From Marsupella aquatica (lineage: Eukaryota > Plantae > Marchantiophyta), in NCBI GenBank assembly GCA_973895155.1, contig OZ316893.1, forward strand, positions 558,860-622,859: DNA of 64,000 bases, in the 5' to 3' direction. The stretch's first letter is position 1, and each line of letters opens with the position of its first letter. Under the pieces are notes generated by a model that saw only the letters and a program-made list of their open reading frames with translations, was not told the DNA's origin and searched no databases. This document shows, piece after piece, positions 51,720-64,000 of the stretch. The position numbers and the translations under genes are program-made.

Positions 51720-52702
51720 AACAACATGGCAGTAGGCATCATCTTCATCTGAGCTATATATCACAAAAGAAGGGTGAGTTATCTCGTCACTATCACTTCT
51801 GACACTCACTTCATTATAGTCTACCTCTACGGCTCTATCATCTACAAATCTAGATTTTTGCCTCTTTGTGTACTTCTCAACTACACCCTTGAGCCGTTTG
51901 AAGGGTCGTGAATCAACACTCCCTTTCTACATAAGTTGAAAGGCAAAATCTATCTGGAGAGAAAGTTTTTGATGCTTCCTCCCATGCTTGACGGACTTGG
52001 TCCTTGTCCGATGTGTGCCATTGTTCAGACTCAGTGTTCCTGTAGTGAACTGCCTATTGGTTAAGTAGACAGTTTAGGGTACTAATGCCATAATAATGTG
52101 GAACTTCACATTTTTATTGATCCTAACCATGGCTAAATGTAAATTGCAAACTACCTACAACAAATGGGTACTTGGATGGAACGTTTACTCACAATCCTGA
52201 GCATCCCGACCCTTGCCTTCTGCGACATCCTCCTCTGAATCAGACTCAAGGACCAGCTTCTTCCACCCTTCAAGCCTCTTAGTCTCCTTGGCCCCTCCTT
52301 CTTAGTCTCCTCCTTGCCCTCCGCTTTGGTCTCCTTGCCCTACTACGTTGAAAGGAGTTTTGACACCAGTGAAGTTGCTGAGTCACCAAAGTAGTCATGC
52401 GCTTCCATCCCAAATACTAGTCGCCCACAATTATTGGCAGCTTTGTAGATAGCACCAAAGTGGACATTCCAAGAAAATATTATATCGTCGGGACTAGTGA
52501 TGTGCTCTATGATGCATTGCAATGTTGCAGGCGATAAGGTACCCGCCAATTCATCTTTCATTGCATCATCTTCCTTTGTAAAATTGGATAGAGCATTGCT
52601 CTTTGCTGGGCACAGGTCACCAGTAATTTGCTTCATATGTACCTTTGGGAGGGTCACATGTGTACCCTTCATGGCAAATATATCCAAATATAGATATTGA
52701 GC
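51720..52702 (-). pseudogene. 3' exons of a second, diverged MTase-like gene paralogous to 8761-12804
   Basis: Acceptor tag|AQYLYLDIFAM at 52702 matches cag|VCNLSLDVFCR at 11825. LSPATLQCIIEHITSPDDIIFSWNVHFGAIYKAANNCGRLVFGMEA aligns with LSIGFMQAVMELLTKPRDIVLDWNVGDGSSFRAGELSGRFVVGVED. Tail RFVDDRA versus RYVDESA. Confidence 0.7.
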
Positions 52703-52771
52703 CTATCACATCACACAAAATAGATTCGCATTTGTTAGCAACACTAATTGCTCTACTTATCTGACATCGGT

Positions 52772-52836
52772 CCTACCTATGTTGGAGAGGCTCTCCAAGA
52801 TGGGTCCTCGTAATCTAGGAGAGGCTCTCCAAGATT
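52772..52836. repeat. ~36-bp tandem repeat (CTACCTATCTTAGAGAGGCTCTCCAAGATGGATC-like), left part
   Basis: gagaggctctccaagat units; the array resumes at 63813. Confidence 0.8.
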
Positions 52837-53117
52837 CACTAGTAGAAATACCCCCTATTTTTTACCAAACCACTATTGACTAATGTGACAAGGTTATGGA
52901 AGTTTAGGGAGTTATCACTACATATGTCTTAAGTATCACTTCTACAAACTATCCACTCATTTGTTGCGACTCCTTCATAAGGAAAATGGCAGGTCCACTA
53001 TCCAAGCTAAATGTCTTAGTGCTAAGTACTTATGTGAGTGAGTGCTAATCACCAATTGCCAAACATTCAAGCTTTTAATGTGAGAAAGTCTCAAATAGTA
53101 GAGGTACCCCATTAGGT

Positions 53118-53275
53118 GAGCCCCTTACATGTCACTGGCTCCTTTACATGAGCCCCTTGCATGTCACTGGCTCCCTTACATGTCATTGGCTCCTTTACAT
53201 CAGCCCCTTACATATCATTGGCTCCTTTACATGAGCCCCTTGCATGTAACTGGCTCCCTTACATGTCACTGGCTG
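53118..53275. repeat. CACTA subterminal tandem repeat (GAGCCCCTTACATGTCACTGGCTCCTTTACAT-type units)
   Basis: Repeated ccttacat / cactggctc modules. Confidence 0.8.
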
Positions 53276-54077
53276 AGTACATTAGTACTCTCCACCCTTG
53301 TGCGCGGGAGCGAAAGTTTAAGGTCTTTGTCCGCAGAGAGGGTTTAGCGAGGGGAGGGGAGGGGAGGAGGAGCGAATGAGGTGACTATCGATAGTCGATA
53401 GTCGATTGATCAAGGAGGGAGGAGGAGCGAATGAGGAGTGTGTCGGGATTTCTTCTCGCTACCACTCTTACTAGAGCTTTTAGGAAGGCGGAAGTGTTTA
53501 CGACCACACTTGAAGCGCAACGACAGCGATTTTCAGTCGAGTGCTAAGTGCGAGAGCGAGTGCTCCCCGAAGGCATTGCGGGGGCATTGCGGTCAGTTAT
53601 TTTAGGGTCGGAGCATAAGTTTGTGGTGGGGGTCCGTCTTCCACCATCTGCTTTGTAAGTACTTACCTCTAACTTTGCCATGCGCAGCATTGGAATGGAG
53701 CATTGCATGTCTGCTATCACAATGCTTGCTCCCGGTAGAAAGTGACAATGCGCCCTAGACTTACTCTTTGCCTTGCGCAAAGCCTTGCGTAGCATTGGAG
53801 TTGAGGTCTATCACGTTGCGCTATGGCTGTTGAATCCACCTCAATCCGTGAAGCTAAGGTGCCGTAGTCTTTGTGAATCGGCTGGGGTGCAGCGCGGCTT
53901 AGCAGGAGGAGCGGGTTGCTACTTTGTTGACTTCGGCAAAGCTCGTGTTAAGCTGTGGTCATCGTAGTCTCCAACACCTCTACAAAGTTGAGTTGCGGTG
54001 CTGGTCATCTCCGTCTCTCGGTAGGGTCTAATTGCTGCTATTGCCTTGCTTTCTTTCTCTTTGATATGCTACGGTAG

Positions 54078-55690
54078 GGCTAAGTTCTACTGGGTTCCCT
54101 GAGTTCTACAGGGTTTCCTCTCTTGCTCAATTCTCTCCTCGCTCTCTCTCGCCCTCTCTCTCGGTCTTGCTCATCCATCGTCTTCGCTCTCCATTGTCCT
54201 CTCTCCTGCAGATTTTTCCCACTCGCGATCCTCAAGTACATACAAAATCTCTCCCTCTCTTATGCACGCCCATCACTATAGCAATCTGAGGTCGGGGCCG
54301 GGGTCAAACTTGGATTTCACTATGGAAATGTAGATCAAAAGTATATTGTCGGCACTTTCATTCTGCTTTGGCTGTGAAGCTTGAATCCCCACCATCCTTA
54401 TACACTAGTATTCTAGTGTGTGGAAGTGTTGTGCAGAACTAAGGTGGGGTGCGGGGGGTTTTTCTTTGCCTTTGCTGAGCTGCGATTTCAACTCAACGGT
54501 CCTGTATTCCATGTACAGGACATTAGTCAAATGTGATACTCTATAATGTACTCCTCCATGGACAACGGATGAGCCACGGAATTGATGAGCCACACTCTGT
54601 CTGTGGCACTTGCAGATCAATTTTCCACCTGTTCGAGAGCTTTCTCTTTTGCCAAGCTAGGCACAAAGAAATCATTCCCAGGTTTCTCAACTCCTGAGGT
54701 CTGCAATCACTCAGAGCCCTCTGCATTGTCATTGCTTTGTCTTCACTGGTGGTCTCAGGGTCGGGCGTTTGTGCTGCCATTGCCAATATTTTAATTTGCT
54801 GCTCGTAGACTCGCATGTTTGCTTCAATATGCTACTCTACAACTAAGTTCTACTGGGTTCTTTGACTTGTGAATTCCTTTATTCAACTGTGAAAATGCTA
54901 GCCCAACAATTGTCCACTTTTATTCTACACAATCTTTCAGGATTAGCAATCGAGTGTCCAATCTTAGAGTCCTGGGTCTTCTCGCACGTATGTACCAGCT
55001 TTGGTTTGACTACTTCAACACTGAGCAGAATTTTCTCCTTGCTTAATTCTCTCCTTGCTCTCTCTCCGTCCGTGTGTCTCTCTCCACTTTGTCAGTACTC
55101 TGTTTGTTTGTCTTTGCTCACCATCATCTTCTCTGCTGCAGAATTCTCTCTCTCTCTCAATCCTCAAGTATGTACAGAAATCTCTCCCTCTCTTATGCAT
55201 GCCCATCACTATAGCAATCTCAGGTCGGGGCCAGGGTCGAGCCAGGATTTCACTGTGGAAGTGTAGACTGGATCATAGTATAGTGTCGGCACTTTCATTC
55301 TGCCTCGGCTGTGGAGCTTCAATTGCTCTAATGTCATACACTAGTATTCTAGTGTGCGGAAGTGTTGTGCAGAACTAAGGTGGGGTGTCGCGTTTGTGCT
55401 GCCATTGCCAATATTTTAATTTGCTACTCGCAGACTCGCATGTTTGCTTCAATACGCTACTCTACAACTAAGTTCTAGTGGGTTCTCTGACTTGTGAATT
55501 CCTTTATTCAACTATGAAAATGCTAGCCCAACAATTGTCCACTTTTATTCTACACAATCTTTTAGGATTAGCAATTGAGTGTCCAATCTTAGAGTCCTGG
55601 GTCTTGTGGCACGTCTATACCAGCTTCGGTTTGACTACTTCAACACTGAGCAGAATTTTCTCCTTGCTAAATTCTCTCCTTGCTCTCTCT
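54078..55690. repeat. Internal long imperfect direct repeats in the CACTA 5' region
   Basis: 54225-54450 recurs at 55157-55386, and 54764-55066 recurs at 55391-55690. Confidence 0.8.
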
Positions 55691-56367
55691 CGGTCTGTGC
55701 TGAGAGTATGGAAAGTCCACAGTACGATGGCTCATCACACATGGGCTGCGTGTGGTCTGCCCTGAATGGGTCAGGCAGTCACTTTCAACAAATATGCGAT
55801 TAGATGAGCATAAATATGATTTATATGAAATATGGCCAGCAAAGCCATTCATTCCCTATGACGACCCAGAATATGTTACTTTTGAGTTCCAGACCACGGA
55901 TGAAGAGTTTTCTGATAGTGCGTATGATTATGTTAGCCCTAATGATTATGAATAAGTAAGGTCTCAACTGTCTGTATGCTAGACGGTTACATTTTTGAAA
56001 TAAACTTTTGTGTGTTATTTTTGGTCTACAAGACATTACTCCTTTTCATCCTCCAAATGTCTTGGTTTTGCATGTGGAGATGTATGGCAGTGTATGATGT
56101 ACGTTGTACCAATGACTGGTCAATAACCAAGCACTTCACTGATTATAGCAAGTTTGTTATGATGTTGCTGCCTGTAGTGAGCAGATGATACGTGAGCAGG
56201 TCGGGCGCCAGCACAGAGCGGACTTGATAGTGAGTGTGTTTAGCGTCTGTGATATGTCCTTCATGAAACTTGCATGTGTCCCCTCCATGTACTTAGAATA
56301 TGCAATTGTATAAGCCTGTCTAGTGCAAAGGTTACATAGCCAAGAGGTGCCTACGACAGCTGAAGGT

Positions 56368-59300
56368 ATGGATCAGGCAAATGAGGATGGACAATTGGGG
56401 CAAAGGAATCAGAGACATACCAATGAACTGCGACTCCCTTTGCATCACCCACTAAGGATTACACGTCATGACTCCAAGTTGTGGAATAGAGAGGTGCTTA
56501 GAGCAAGCCGGGGCAGAAATGCCCGGATGAGATGCCCCTGCATGCAATGTCGAGGATACCACTCGATGACCCTGAACCAAGTGCATTCTCATCTTCAAAG
56601 GCATGGAAGATATCCAATCCACAGGGTGTGGAATGTGCCAGAGGAAGAGGATTCATCGGATGATGAATGGAGAGCAGATTTTGAAAATGTGAATACAGCA
56701 AGATGCTCTGCATTCTTTCATAACGTCACTGGTCATGCAGGCAACAATGCCGAAGATGAGTATGTTCCACAGGGAGGTCCCGAGACTTCTAATGAGGATG
56801 GGGCAGATGTTCCTAGGATGGTTTCAGACATTTTTCAAGACCTGGATGCACTTTATGAAGATGCAGAGGCACGGGGGATGAAGAACCAGACATGCATGGT
56901 GCAGATCCATCGGACCAAGAAGAGTTTGACATTGGAGAAGGAGCTGGAGATGATGGTCAATTCTTGGGAACTGGGGCCTACTTGGAGGAACCTATGTCCC
57001 CATTGTATGGTGGTGCAAATTGCTCCAAACTAGGGTTCATAGTGATGTTCCTCAATATATGTGGATGTCATCGTGTGCCCAACATATGTGTAACAGAGTT
57101 GTTGATGTTCCTACAGAGGACAGTACTACCCGCTGGAAACATTGCTCCTAAGAACATGTATGAGGCAAAGAAGGTGATGAGCAAACTTGGTTTGAATTAT
57201 GTGTCCATCCATGCATGCCCAGATGGCCATGTACTTTTCAGAAAAGAATATGTTGATTGCCTATCCTGCCCTATCTGCGGAAAGCACAGATATAAGAACG
57301 TGGGGAAGTCAACTCAACCTGCTAAGGTCCTACGGCATTTCCCTCTCATTCCAAGATTGCAGCGCCTCTATAGGTGTCCATCCATTTTTAAGATGATGAC
57401 TTGGACCTCTGATCAGAAGAGTACAAATGGTTTGCAACGTCACGTTGGAGATTCCAACCACTGGAAGTACATAGATGAGAAGTGGCCGGACTTTGCAGCA
57501 GAGAGCAGAAATTTGAGGTTTGGTCTAAGCCTTGACGGTGCTAATCCTTTTGGAGACAAGAACAACGTGTATTCTTGCTGGCCAGTGACTTTGATAAATT
57601 ATAATCTCCCGCCTTGGATATCCACCAAGCGTTTTTTTGTGATCTTGTGTCTTATGATTCCTGGCCCAAACTCTGCTATAAGTGCGAACATAGATGTTTG
57701 GTTGGCCCCTGCGGTGGAGGAATGGGTTCCTCTATGGACACATGGAGTTATGACAGTTGATGCACTTTGTGGACCTGGTAGACCGAGGACATTCAACCTA
57801 CGTGCAATGTGTGTTAATTCAATAGCAGACTACCCTGGACATAGCATGATATCTGGGCAGGTAGGGAAGGGATATCTGGGTTGCACACGATGTGGCCCAG
57901 ATGTTACATCTGAAAGGTCCGTTTCCTTGGGCAGTATCAAATTCCACGGCCACAGGCGATATCTTCCTGCCGACCACCCTTTCAGGCACAGGCAATCCCA
58001 CATAGCCCACTTCAACAACCAGAGGGAGCTTTGAGAGTCTCTTGTGTTGGTTAGTAGAGACCAACTTCTGCAATGGGGACTGAACAAGGTGTCTTATGAT
58101 GAATATGGTGCTTGTAGAGACGTGCCAAACGACCCAGCAAAGACTCATGGCATCAAAAGGCAGACAATGATGGACACATCATTGGAGTATTGGAAGGTAA
58201 CATTTGCATATTCACTTGTACTCAGTGAACCTCTTCAGGATCTATGCACAACAGTTTTTAGTTCTTGTGTCTGAACCTAATTGTGGCAATCATGCGTACT
58301 TCATGGATGCAGGATTTTGAGCCAAGCAAACATAACATTGATGTAATGCACATTGAGAAGAATGTATGCGAAAGTCTTTTGAAGTTTTTGTCGGGGGACA
58401 ACGATACTGCAGCAGTACAAAAGGACCTTTTCGTCCTCAACTTTGGCTGCAAGAATCCCAGAATAGGCCGGGTGTGGTTTTCAAGTACCAAGCTCCATAT
58501 GTTTGCACCCAGAACGAGTGGAACACAGTTTTGTCTAGGCTGAGTTCGTTCAGAGTACCCTCTAGGTACGCTGGAGCCTTTGCAAAGCATATAAGGAAGA
58601 AGAAGTTGGGAAGCATGAAAACTCATGACTTCCATGTTATGATGCAAGACATTCTACCAGTATGTCTGAGGGGATTGATGCAAAAACCAGTTTGCAATGT
58701 CATTTTGAGACTGTGTCAGATCTTTCATCGTATTTGTGTGAAGGTGTGGGACCCTACAATATTTCCTCAGTTAAAGGCAGATATTGTGCGTGTGCTTTGT
58801 GACTTGGAGATTTATTTCCCGCCAGCATTTTTTGATGTCATGACTCATTTGATCATCCATGCGGTTGAAGATCTGGGCCACTACGGCCCAGTGAGTACAA
58901 GGTGGATGTATCCGATGGAACGGTACATGAAGTTTCTAAAAGGCCATGTACGTACTTATTACAGGCCTGAAGCAAGCATGGCTCTCGGTTACATTCAAGA
59001 AGAGACCTTGGGGTTCCTTACAGAGTACATGGCTGGTGTAGACAGTGTTAGGAGTAGGGTGTGGGATGCTGAGGAAGAAGAGGGGGTGGCTGGAGAGGTT
59101 CTTCAAGGCGCTTTTACTTCCTTGCAATTGTCTGCAGAAGTTCGTGATGCAGCACACTTATATGTCTTACACAATACAGTCATGATGCAACCTTGGTGGC
59201 AGTGAGTACTCATGTTTCCGCACCCTCCCTGCATTCCTTCTTTATTCATATCCATTTTGGTAGGATATGTACATTGTATTGAGAAATTGTTCTCATCATG

Positions 59301-60060
59301 CAGGGAATACAATGTGCAGAAGGCCGCCCAATGAGGGTTAAATCACCAGGCATTCCCTACTTTTCCTGAGTGGATCAGGACAACAATTCGAGAGCATAGC
59401 AGGCAGAACCCAAACATGGATAGAGATGTTCTCCTCTTGTCTGTGCCTCCCAGACGTATTGTACAGCGGTATAAACGGATGAAAGCATATGGGAATCAGT
59501 ACCGTGTGCATGATGATGAGGACAAGCATTTAGTGACATATAATTCGGGGGTAATATCTGTGTTTGAGCATATAGATGCTCAGAGCAACAGGGGCTGGAT
59601 GGAGATGGGATATGTTGGGGAGTTGGCAGACATCTGGGCACTGAATTATGGGAACACATCACAACAAATCATCCTAATGAAAGGTTCATGGGTGAAGCCA
59701 GATTGGCATGGGCCAAGAGCGACCATGAAACGGGATATGGATGGCTTTCTAATGGTCAATTTTAACCAAAGACTGGCAGAATGGATGGAGCCTTTCGTGT
59801 TCCCAAGTTAAGTCGGGCAAGTATTTTTTTTAGATGTGGAGGAGTCTCATGGTTGGCGTGTAGTCTGGCATAGCTCACCTAGAGTTCGAAGGATGGAGGG
59901 TACTAAAATAGAGTTCAGTTTGGATGCACATGGGGCCTTTGAACAGCCGGCAGTAGACGTTGTACATCGGGGCCAGGGGACCAGGGAGTACATCCCCTTG
60001 ACAATGAGACAGACTTATGAGGGAGAGGTTGAAGCTGACATGGACAAAGATGATGAGTAG
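56368..60060 (+). pseudogene. CACTA TnpD transposase (Transposase_21/DUF4218/DUF4216-like), disrupted
   Basis: RCPCMQC, IHACPDGHVLF...CPICG, RNLRFGLSLDGANPF, YSCWPV..NYNLPPW, DVMHIEKN, MKTHDFHV, FPPAFFDVMTHL, GPVSTRWMYPMERYM, EPFVFPS. Frameshifts and stops are present. Confidence 0.92.
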
Positions 60061-60523
60061 TTGGATTTGTTTTGTTGTGAGTAGGTGACTCTTTGAAGTG
60101 CAATGAGTAGCAAGTATGAGCAATAAATGGATGACTTGTTTGTGCAACCGCAGTAACTTGGTGAGTAGGATGCCAGACGAAAATGGCATGTGTGAGTATG
60201 AGAAGCAGGCTGTGAAACACCGAGCATGGGTTCGCCAATGTGCCACAGCCCTGTTGGGTGATGTGCAAGAGGCTATTTCGGATATGTAAGGGACTGTGCA
60301 TAGTATGAGTTGTATGTGTATCTCGTTGTGTGCGTCTGTTCATTGTGTAGCTTCTGTAATGGACTACTACATACATAACCTGTGTCGAATTTCATGTGGA
60401 TGTTGCAGTAACAAAAGTATCCCAACACTGTCGAAGCGGAGTCAGTGTAGACGGAAGACATTCTGTAATCTTGACGGACCTAGGCGACGTAGTGAGAGGT
60501 TGACTTCAAAGACCCCTATTTCA

Positions 60524-63386
60524 ATGGCTGAATCTCCTGATAAGAATGAGGTAGAGGATTGCATGCCTGATGTTGGTGATACAGAATATGATCCTGACCA
60601 AGATCCGAATGCAAGTGCTAGCATGTTAGAGGATGATGACATGCCAAATCCTCCCCCTCCACCAAAGCCTGCTTGCAGTAAGGCAACTGGGGGAACTTCT
60701 ATGAGATCTCGACCGACGCCCTCTGTATACTCAGCCCAAGCCCCAAGCAACAGCAATTGCAATAACCCGCAATTTAATGCCCCCAACTATAACTGGCCGC
60801 AAGCACGACAGGGGGCAATAACTATGGCGGGTCTATGGGTGTAGGCCCTTCTGCCAGCTATATGGGTCCAAGTTGGCCAAGTAAGTGTGAACATTTTAAT
60901 TTGTTTCATGTGGACAAGTGTATTTTGAGCTCAAATTGGCTGATTGTGTTCCTCAATAGATGTGGGTCTAAGTATGACAATTTGCCTGGTCTGATGTGAA
61001 TGGCAGACCCAATGTGGGACCGTATGCAGCCCACAAATATGTATGAAGGAGGGTCAATGGGGCCATCGGGGCAATTCATGGGAGGTCCTCTCCCAATGGC
61101 GACAAGATGGCAAGGTTATGGTGGGTATGGTGGGAACCCAGCACCAGCACCAGCACCAGCACCTTCAGTCCAACCGACACAGAGTCTGCGGAGGGGAGGA
61201 GGTATTTTCTATAGCAATTCTAAGTAAAGTATTGAAATCAGGTAGTTCACATAGACCATATGATATTAATGGTGTTAATTGCGTTTCTCTTTTCAGATAA
61301 CCCTATCACACCCCGCTCAGGCCATGGGGGAGCAACTCCTGGATTTGCAACACCAAGTAGTGCATTAGGGAGCACTGGGAGAGGTGAGAATGTGAAGCTG
61401 GGTATTGTTGAAGTTGATGATGAAGGCCGGATCACAACGATGAGTGTTGGAAAGAATAGATGGCACAATGACTTGCGAATGGAGTGTCTATGGTGGTTGG
61501 ACATTAGCTGTACTAACTTTAATTGTCAACATCCATCTGACTGGGAACTGGTTTGCAAATATATGCGAGACAAGTGAGAATATTTGGGGAATTCTGGGAA
61601 AGGGGTCAGTGCTGATTGTCTTGTAGAGTATGGACGAACTATCATGAAAACAGAGAGGCATCGATTGCACAAAGCATGGATTGCTGATGGCAATAAACCA
61701 CATGCTGAAGCACCCCCAAGTGTTCATGTAGAACAATGGGCTCGACTGAGAGGGACATTCCTGTCTAGGGCAGGACAGGAGAAGTCTGCACAAATGATTG
61801 CTGCTAGAAATGCAGTGAAGAATCCTACGCTTACAGGGAGGGGAGGACATGCACCAGTAGTAGCCAAATTGGTTGGGTTCCCATGCCATACATATCTTTA
61901 TTTACGTTTCAATATTTGAGTGGACTGTATGTAGTTGTAGCAGCACGCTACGTTTAGGCAAGATTGACATTGAGAAACGTGTCTTGCAATGTTTATGTGC
62001 TCCAGAAAAAGCTTACTGGAGAGAAACCCACAAAAGAGGAGGTTGTGGCAGAAATCAAAAGGGTAAAGTGTGATGAAGGTAGCATTGGATCTAAACAGGT
62101 AATTTAGGAGCATTATTGATGGACAATCTGTTATACAGTCCTTCTTCAGATGTACAGTACTGTCAGCCCTTATGCAATTGTAAAATTGCTGAGAAGAGCC
62201 GTTTGGTTGGTGTATGTGATATATAGCAGGGAGCAGTGTCTACCCTTACAGAGATATCAGACCGGTTGAAGACTGTGGAGAACGCTTGGCCATCAGTAGA
62301 ACTGAGATCAAGAGTCAATTCAAGGACATAGCTAGTCTTCTTCAAAGCCAAGGATCAACCTTAAGGGAAGTACAAGCTGAACTACGTGAGTTGCGGGCGA
62401 TGCACATTGCTGGCAGGGTTGAGCACCCAATTGTACATCCATATGAAGAGCCTGCAAATATTGTGAAAGTTGTGCCTACAAAGAAGAGTGGTACGTGTCA
62501 TCTGAAATCATGTTTAGTGTAGTGTGACTTTACGTAGGAATTTGAGGTTCATGGATGCAGGATGGTTCAGGTTCAGGTTCTAGACCCTGAAGGTTTGTTA
62601 CATTGTGTATCAGGTGATCAGATTGCAGTGGCTGCAGCAGATCCAAAGATCATCAAACCTGGTACAACTGTCATTGAGAGTAAGTAAATGTTGGTTTGAA
62701 GACTCTGTCTGGCCTGTTAATGTGGTTGAGTATCTATGCCATGTACGTTTAATTAGTGCAAACTTGATGGTTTGTTGACAGCTTTAGTGCCTATATGCTT
62801 AGTTGTAAATGAAGGAATTTGTGGCTGCTATTGAGATACAGAGCCAGCACAAGAGGAGGTGCGCATACCAAATCCAGCAGGCAGGAAGAGGAGATGAAAC
62901 TTAGAGGCTACCAAATTTTCAGATTCACAGGAGAAGCAGAGTGATGACAATGATGTGATTTTCATAGACTCTCAGCCTCCCCTAGGTATTGGAGATGAGT
63001 TTTCTCAATCCCCACCACTGATGAACATGGGAAAGATGAGGACCAAAAACAGTGGGAAGGAGACTTTGCCTTACAAGGCACCAAAGAAGAAGAGAAATAA
63101 CACTTCTCCAAAAGGGACAGCAGTGAGCATTGTAGCACAGTCTTCTAGGCTAATGGCAACTGATAATTCTGGTGTTTGTGTTGGGCAAGGCATACTTCAA
63201 ATTGAAGCAAGTACTTTCCATGGAAAGAAGGTACTTGCTGATCATGTTGTGCTGTTGTTGACTGCTATCAGTAAGCCCAAATATCTTGTACCCTTTCCAA
63301 ACAAGGGAGATGATCCGCCACACATCCATCTTGTGGATGCTGTGGAATCATTTGTGATGTGGCCTGAGAAATTTGTAGAGTGTTAG
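60524..63386 (+). pseudogene. CACTA second (TnpA/Ptta-like) gene, multi-exon, disrupted
   Basis: Spliced fragments including RHRLHKAW...PPSVHVEQWARL...EKSAQMIAARNAVKNPTLTGRGG and a C-terminal STFHGKKV...VMWP, at the canonical position downstream of TnpD. Confidence 0.6.
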
Positions 63387-63812
63387 GTACCAAGTACAAT
63401 TTGAGACTCAAAATGTGAAGGATTGTTTCAATATATGACCACAATTTGGAGTACATGATGTTGGGTAATACTCTTTTTTTATGGATTGCTCATATTTTGA
63501 GTTATTATCATGCCATTGTTAGTTGGATTGGTGCTTTTGTGACATTAATCACTCACGGAAAACCCCATATGACTCGAACTAAGTCATTCTAAACACTTAT
63601 GTTTGACTGATGTATGGTTCCAAATACTTGACCCTCTAGTCACTAAAATGACTAATGACACTAGTCAATAATATGACTAAGTTAATCCAAGTCACCACTT
63701 TTACGACTACTAGTTGCAAGAACGACGTCAGTGATTTTCAGTCATACATGACCGGTTTTAGTCATAGTCAGTCGTATTTTATGGTAAAAAATAGGGGGTA
63801 TTTCTAGTAGTG

Positions 63813-64000
63813 ATTGGTGCTCACTATTTGGGAGAGGCTCTCTGAGATCCATGCTACCTATCTCAAAGAGACTATCCCAGATGGATCCTAAGTATCTGAA
63901 AGAGGCTCTCCAAGATTGATGCTACCTATCTTAGAGAGCCTCTCCGAGATGGATCCCACCTATCTCAGAGAAGTTCTCCGAGATCCAAGCTACCTAGCTA
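63813..64000. repeat. ~36-bp tandem repeat, right part (continues past the window end)
   Basis: About five units of ctacctatct.agagaggctctcc.agat. Confidence 0.85.

Larger units (their letters stand above)
52837..63812 (+). mobile_element. Complete CACTA (En/Spm) DNA transposon, 10976 bp
   Basis: 31-bp TIR CACTA(G/C)TAGAAATACCCCCTATTTTTTACCA with one mismatch. 3-bp TSD ATT (52834-36 and 63813-15). Internal TnpD and TnpA-like genes. Confidence 0.97.

Overview
Intron-rich eukaryotic nuclear DNA from a land plant: it has TTTAGGG telo-boxes, a nuclear PsbX gene and GT-AG introns. A bryophyte or other non-seed plant is my guess, not something the sequence shows. Three ordinary host genes (mitochondrial mL53, PsbX, mitochondrial ATP synthase gamma) sit among densely nested mobile DNA. 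The mobile DNA comprises a Mutator-type transposase relic, a Crypton/DUF3504-type tyrosine recombinase gene, a 5'-truncated RLE-type LINE, a Helitron2/Helentron-like element and a complete CACTA element (31-bp TIRs, ATT TSD). Three things stand out. (1) A spliced gene fuses a ParB/Srx-like domain to a beta-class N4C/N6A DNA-methyltransferase-like domain with non-canonical motifs. It lies head-to-head with the Mutator transposase, and a diverged paralogue with the same intron position lies about 40 kb away. (2) Two families of 4.0-4.7 kb TG...CA elements with 5-bp TSDs look like giant solo LTRs but are mostly filled by long ORFs, with no gag/pol. (3) An intron-containing Crypton-like recombinase gene is bracketed by a 30-bp inverted repeat. 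All domain calls come from motif recognition by eye; no database search was run.
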